Assembly (NCBI GenBank): GCA_026991135.1
Contig: JALXCD010000095.1
Location: 1 to 55,818, forward strand
Length of the DNA stretch: 55,818 bases
Direction of reading: 5' to 3'
From: Deltaproteobacteria bacterium
Lineage (GTDB): Bacteria; Desulfobacterota; Dissulfuribacteria; Dissulfuribacterales; QOAL01
The notes below the pieces were generated by a model. The model was given only the letters and a program-made list of their open reading frames with translations, ran no database searches and had not been told where the DNA came from. The translations under genes and the position numbers were made by a program. Below, piece by piece: positions 51,697 to 55,818 of the stretch (position 1 is the first letter of the stretch; each line of letters starts with the position of its first letter).

Positions 51697-51833
51697 AAAT
51701 TGTTTTTCCCTCCATTTGGTAGCTATTTAGCTAAAGAAAATTCTTTTAGTCCCAAAACCAAATTTTTATTTGCCTCAAATCCCATACCTTTTTAGAATCC
51801 CGTGATTAACTATTCTTTCAAGAAGGCGTAGAA

Positions 51834-53420
51834 ATGGGTGATCTTAATACCTCCTCAAAGGCACGGTCTGTAATCTTCCCAGCCCTTGTCCTCATAGCCG
51901 GATTTGTCCTGATCCTAATGGCCATGAGCCTTTTCAAATACTACAAAATGAAGGGCTCTTTTTTAAGGGATCAGCTTTCTTCCCTGGCAGAAAAGGAATT
52001 TCAAAAGGTTGACTCCCTTTTTAAGGAGATAAATGGAAAGCTTTTGGTCATTAGAGACATGGGCAAGAATCAGGCAATAGAACTTTCCGATGTGAAGGGC
52101 CTTAATAGGAAGTTTGTGGCCTTTATGAAAAACCAGGACATCTTTTCAGGCGTGGTTCTGGCAGATGAAAAGGGAGATGAATACTACCTTTATAAAAAAG
52201 ACGGGAGATGGATTTCACGGATTGGAAGGCCGTCAAAAAAAGGATTTGAATTTACATATTTTGAGTGGAACCCACCAAATGAACTAAAAAAGATAGAAGT
52301 TAAAAGGTCAGATCATGATCCCAGAAAACGCCCCTGGTTTCAAAATGCCCGTAAAAACCCAGGTATCCCTTGCTGGTCAACTGTTTACAGGTTCTTTGAA
52401 AAAAAGGCCATGGGTATTACCGTATCAATCGGCTGGAATTCAAAGGAAAAGGGCCTTATGGTCTGCGGGCTGGATATATCTTTAAAAAGGTTTCAGAAAT
52501 TGCTTAAACTTGATGAAAAAAAGACTAAAAACGGCCTGTTGCTGCTTATAAATACCAGGGCAGGTTTTTATTTATCAAGCAAAAGGGCAGGAAGGATATC
52601 TGACATATCAAGTGAAGAATCTTCGATAATTAAGATCTTGTTGTCAAAAATCCAGAAAAATCAAAGAAAAATAGATGCCATTCAAATAGGAGATGACAGG
52701 TGGCTTTGTTCCTTAAGGGCCTTTTCCAGTAAAAATTCAGGTTTTTTTATGGCCCTTGCTGTCCCTGAATCCGAGCTTGCCAGCGGATTAAAAAGGGGCC
52801 TATTTCATCCAGATGCCACTGAGATACTTGTTGCTGTCATAGGTGCGGTTTTGCTCTTTGGGCTTTTGTGGAAACTTGGTCTTTTGGATCGGTTCGGGAA
52901 GGGGATAAGAGAGCCTGCCATATTGAGGGTTAAAAGGTATCTAGACCAAGGCGAAGGTCCAAGGGTGGAATTTAAATCCACTGTTAGAAAAAATTTAAAG
53001 ACAGGAAAGCCGGGTAAGGAGATAGAGCTTTCCTGGCTTAAGGCAGTAGTTGCCTTTTTGAATTCAAATGGCGGTGCCCTTTTAATCGGGGTGGATGATT
53101 CTGGAAGGATAGTCGGCATTAAAGAGGACGGCTTTGAAAATGAGGATAAGTGCCTTTTACATATAAAAAATTTGATAAATCAGCATATTGGCCCTGAATT
53201 TTCAAGCTTTATCCATGTAAAGGCTGTGGATATAGATCCGGAAACTGTGATTCTTATTGAGTGCGATATGGCAAGGTTTCCTGTTTTTCTTAAAATCGGG
53301 AAAAATGAGGAGTTTTATGTGCGATCCGGCCCTTCTTCCATGAAGCTTTCCCCGAGTCAGATGATAAGCTATATCTTTCAGAATAAGAAAAGATATAAGG
53401 ACCTTAAGGGAAGGGGATAA
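51834..53420 (+). CDS. Membrane protein: periplasmic dCache-like sensor fused to a cytoplasmic Schlafen/AlbA_2 domain
   Basis: TM1, then HDPRKRPWF...WSTVY...GLDI Cache motif, then TM2, then GEGPRVEFKS...AFLNSNGGALLIGVDD...FYVRSG. Confidence 0.8.
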   Translation: MGDLNTSSKARSVIFPALVLIAGFVLILMAMSLFKYYKMKGSFLRDQLSSLAEKEFQKVDSLFKEINGKLLVIRDMGKNQAIELSDVKGLNRKFVAFMKNQDIFSGVVLADEKGDEYYLYKKDGRWISRIGRPSKKGFEFTYFEWNPPNELKKIEVKRSDHDPRKRPWFQNARKNPGIPCWSTVYRFFEKKAMGITVSIGWNSKEKGLMVCGLDISLKRFQKLLKLDEKKTKNGLLLLINTRAGFYLSSKRAGRISDISSEESSIIKILLSKIQKNQRKIDAIQIGDDRWLCSLRAFSSKNSGFFMALAVPESELASGLKRGLFHPDATEILVAVIGAVLLFGLLWKLGLLDRFGKGIREPAILRVKRYLDQGEGPRVEFKSTVRKNLKTGKPGKEIELSWLKAVVAFLNSNGGALLIGVDDSGRIVGIKEDGFENEDKCLLHIKNLINQHIGPEFSSFIHVKAVDIDPETVILIECDMARFPVFLKIGKNEEFYVRSGPSSMKLSPSQMISYIFQNKKRYKDLKGRG

Positions 53421-53421
53421 C

Positions 53422-54351
53422 ATGTCAAAAAAGGCAGACAATCTTTTGGAAAACAATGAAAAGGGTCTTCCCTGGCAAAGGCCAAAGCCAAGGGAAGAGG
53501 ACCCTGGCGCCTATCAACTTGTAAAAAGGATAATGGAGGACCCTGGTTATCGTCTTGCCGAGGAAGATATTGATTTTATACGGTCTTCAAAGACAAGGGG
53601 GATAAGGCTTCAGCTTGACTATCTAAAGGCGGAGCTTGCCCTTCAGGAATTAGGCGTTGAGCACACAATCGTGGTCTTTGGAAGCGCCAGAATATGTGAA
53701 AAAAAGACTGCCCTAAAAAGGCTTAAAAGGATACAAAAAAGGATAGATGAGGAAGGAAGCACCCCTGATCTTTTAAAAAAGCTCATCAAGGCAGAAAGGC
53801 TTTTGGAAAAAAGCGTCTATTATGATGACGCAAGGGAGTTTGGAAGGCTTGTTGGAAAAAGCGGACGCGGGCCCAAGGATTGCAGGGTGATTTTGGTAAC
53901 AGGTGGCGGGCCTGGCATAATGGAGGCTGCAAATAGAGGTGCCCATGACGTTGGTGCAAAATCCATTGGCCTTAATATAAAGCTTCCCCATGAGCAGTAT
54001 CCGAATCCGTATATAACTCCAGGGCTTTGTTTCCAGTTCCATTACTTTGCCATGAGAAAGTTGCACTTTCTCTATAGGGCAAGGGCCCTTGTGGTATATC
54101 CCGGGGGCTTTGGGACCCTGGATGAGCTTTTTGAGACCTTGACCCTTATCCAGACCGAGAAACAGGATCCTATGCCAGTTGTCATGGTTGGAAGAAGGTA
54201 TTGGGAAAGGCTTATAGATTTTGACTTTCTTGTGGAAGAAGGAAGCATTGCAGAAAGGGACCTAGAGATCTTTAGCTATGCCGACAGTGCAGTTGAGGCC
54301 TGGCAGACCATCCTCACATGGCATGAGAGGAAAAAAAGGCCCCTTTTCTAA
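53422..54351 (+). CDS. LOG-family (SLOG) nucleotide phosphoribohydrolase
   Basis: VFGSAR, TGGGPGIMEAANRGA, PGGFGTLDE. Confidence 0.92.
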   Translation: MSKKADNLLENNEKGLPWQRPKPREEDPGAYQLVKRIMEDPGYRLAEEDIDFIRSSKTRGIRLQLDYLKAELALQELGVEHTIVVFGSARICEKKTALKRLKRIQKRIDEEGSTPDLLKKLIKAERLLEKSVYYDDAREFGRLVGKSGRGPKDCRVILVTGGGPGIMEAANRGAHDVGAKSIGLNIKLPHEQYPNPYITPGLCFQFHYFAMRKLHFLYRARALVVYPGGFGTLDELFETLTLIQTEKQDPMPVVMVGRRYWERLIDFDFLVEEGSIAERDLEIFSYADSAVEAWQTILTWHERKKRPLF

Positions 54352-55472
54352 GAAAATTTTTGGTAAGAAAGCTCAAGGTAAGGCCTTTTTTGAGGCCTGA
54401 TTTTGGCTGTTTTAGGAAATCTTTCATGGACGGATTTGGCTATTAGATAGTCAAGATGCCCAATGGACTTTGGTGTCCTTCCAAAGACCTCTTTCCAGAC
54501 ATTCCATCTTTCCATGCAAAGATAGGTGAAGCATTCACTTGCACCTGCCTCCCTTAAGGCGGCCAAAAGGTGTCTGAACATCTCTACCCTTATGGGTCTC
54601 GGATATCTGAATTTGTTGTCATCCCCAAGGACAAGCTCCTGGGCGGTTATCCTTGAAAAGGGGTAGTTTATCTCTATCTTTTTTTTCATCTCAGGGTTAA
54701 ATCTTAAGGCCCCAATGGATATCCAGATTACATTTTTAGGGCTTATGGCAGAAAAGATTTCCTTTATAAGCCCTTCATAGGCCCTTTCCCAGCCCCTAAA
54801 AAGGATCATGGGGTCAAAGTGAAGGCCAACAGGATAGCCTGCCCTTGAAACCTTCTCCATGGCCTTAAGCCTTTCTTCAAGGGTGGCTGTTCCGATCTCT
54901 TCACTTTTTATCACCTGGGGAGGATTGACTGTCCAGGAAATAACGGTCTTTCCGCCGTGGTCAACATCAAGAAGAGGCTCCACTGCCTTTCCCTTTGTCC
55001 TAAGCTTTAATACACAGTTTGGAAGCTCTTTAAATGCCTCAACAAGGCCAATAGAAGCCCTATTTAACGGTGAGGTGGCAAGGCTGTCACCAAGCTCCCA
55101 GGTTCCTATTCGAAAAAGCCTCCAGGGCATCCTACCCGTCTTTTCCCTGATTTCCTCAATGATTTTTTCTGTCTCTGCAATAACCGTCAGGGTGGTGTCT
55201 GTAAGATAGTTTTGCAAAAAACAATAGGTGCATTCAAAGGGGCAGTTACTTATATGGGAAATGACATGGGTGCTACAGCAGATATATCTTGGGTCAAGGG
55301 ATGCGCAGATGTGAAAGATCTCTCCCCTTTTGGGGCCTATAAAAAGATATCTCTTTCCCTGCCTGTAGTCTGATATCTTTGGGGAAGGGGATATCTCTGC
55401 CTCTTTTTTAAAAGGACTTAAAAAACCTTGCGTCTTAATTTCTGGATCTATGAATACCTTTTTAAATTTCAT
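54348..55472 (-). CDS. Spore-photoproduct-lyase (SplB)-like radical SAM protein
   Basis: CPFECTYC motif followed by FLQ; ELGDS, RTK, HFDP, YLCME. Confidence 0.8.
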   Translation of the reverse strand: MKFKKVFIDPEIKTQGFLSPFKKEAEISPSPKISDYRQGKRYLFIGPKRGEIFHICASLDPRYICCSTHVISHISNCPFECTYCFLQNYLTDTTLTVIAETEKIIEEIREKTGRMPWRLFRIGTWELGDSLATSPLNRASIGLVEAFKELPNCVLKLRTKGKAVEPLLDVDHGGKTVISWTVNPPQVIKSEEIGTATLEERLKAMEKVSRAGYPVGLHFDPMILFRGWERAYEGLIKEIFSAISPKNVIWISIGALRFNPEMKKKIEINYPFSRITAQELVLGDDNKFRYPRPIRVEMFRHLLAALREAGASECFTYLCMERWNVWKEVFGRTPKSIGHLDYLIAKSVHERFPKTAKIRPQKRPYLELSYQKFS

Positions 55473-55475
55473 GCC

Positions 55476-55754
55476 TTAAAGATAGGAAAAAAGCCTTTTA
55501 ATGGCATCCCTTGTGGTATCCTTTTTAAGAAAATCCGCTATCCCCTCAATGTCCTGGGGTTCAATAAGGTTTGCCTTAATGGTTATTTTACGGTTTTCAA
55601 GGGATCTATCCCAGTCGATCTCAAGGGGTGAATCCTTAAAATGTCCATTTTTTATGGAATCCATCTTGTCTAATATTTCTGAAAGGGTGGGGTAGCGCAA
55701 ATTCTTGATGGCCCTTCTTAAAAGGGCTGTTTTTTGGTGGGGATTAAAAAATAA
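55476..55754 (-). other. Short ORF or C-terminal gene fragment immediately upstream of the splB-like gene
   Basis: Frame is open from a TAA at 55755-55757 down to 55476; the first possible start is a TTG at 55700 with no clear RBS; ends 3 nt before the splB-like start. Confidence 0.35.
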
Positions 55755-55818
55755 TTATTGGTGAAGAACCAAATTAACAACCAAAATTTGTTAAAGTATT
55801 TCCTCAAACGGCAACAAA

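Noticed and set aside
51620-55818. Integrative element at tRNA-Pro
   Set aside because: No integrase and no duplicated tRNA 3' end seen within the window.

Overview
Chromosomal window from an anaerobic bacterium. Gene content and order suggest a thermophilic deltaproteobacterium (Desulfobacterota-like); that placement is inference. Left to right: a secreted heptad-repeat coiled-coil gene; a metal ABC transporter-paaI-feoB operon behind a Fur-box-like palindrome; a double-length uvrA; purQ-tatC; the yceD-rpmF-plsX-fabH...fabG-acpP-fabF-rpiB-glyA-deaminase-alr-tatB-tatC superoperon, where an acyl-CoA dehydrogenase/EtfB/ferredoxin-EtfA cassette occupies the usual fabD position; and a 12.7-kb respiratory operon. 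In that operon a leaderless (non-Tat) molybdopterin oxidoreductase and its 4x[4Fe-4S] partner precede an 11-subunit complex I (nuoABCDHIJKLMN, no nuoEFG). Its nuoB has an in-frame TGA at the first N2-ligating Cys followed by a SECIS-like hairpin, so it is probably a selenoprotein; the ORF track truncates it. The right part holds a GalT/HIT-like gene, a PD-(D/E)XK gene, a doubly frameshifted PEP-CTERM gene, miaB, DUF151, a secreted PAN+3xWSC protein, a PHP gene, thrC, a cooT-like gene, eno, tRNA-Pro(CGG), a dCache-Schlafen/AlbA_2 fusion paired with a LOG gene, and an SplB-like radical SAM gene. Best candidates for undescribed systems: (1) the Mo-enzyme-coupled, Sec-NuoB complex I; (2) the bifurcating-type ACAD/Etf module inside the fatty-acid synthesis operon; (3) the Cache-Schlafen + LOG pair. 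No database searches were possible, so all family calls come from motif recognition and novelty is unverified.
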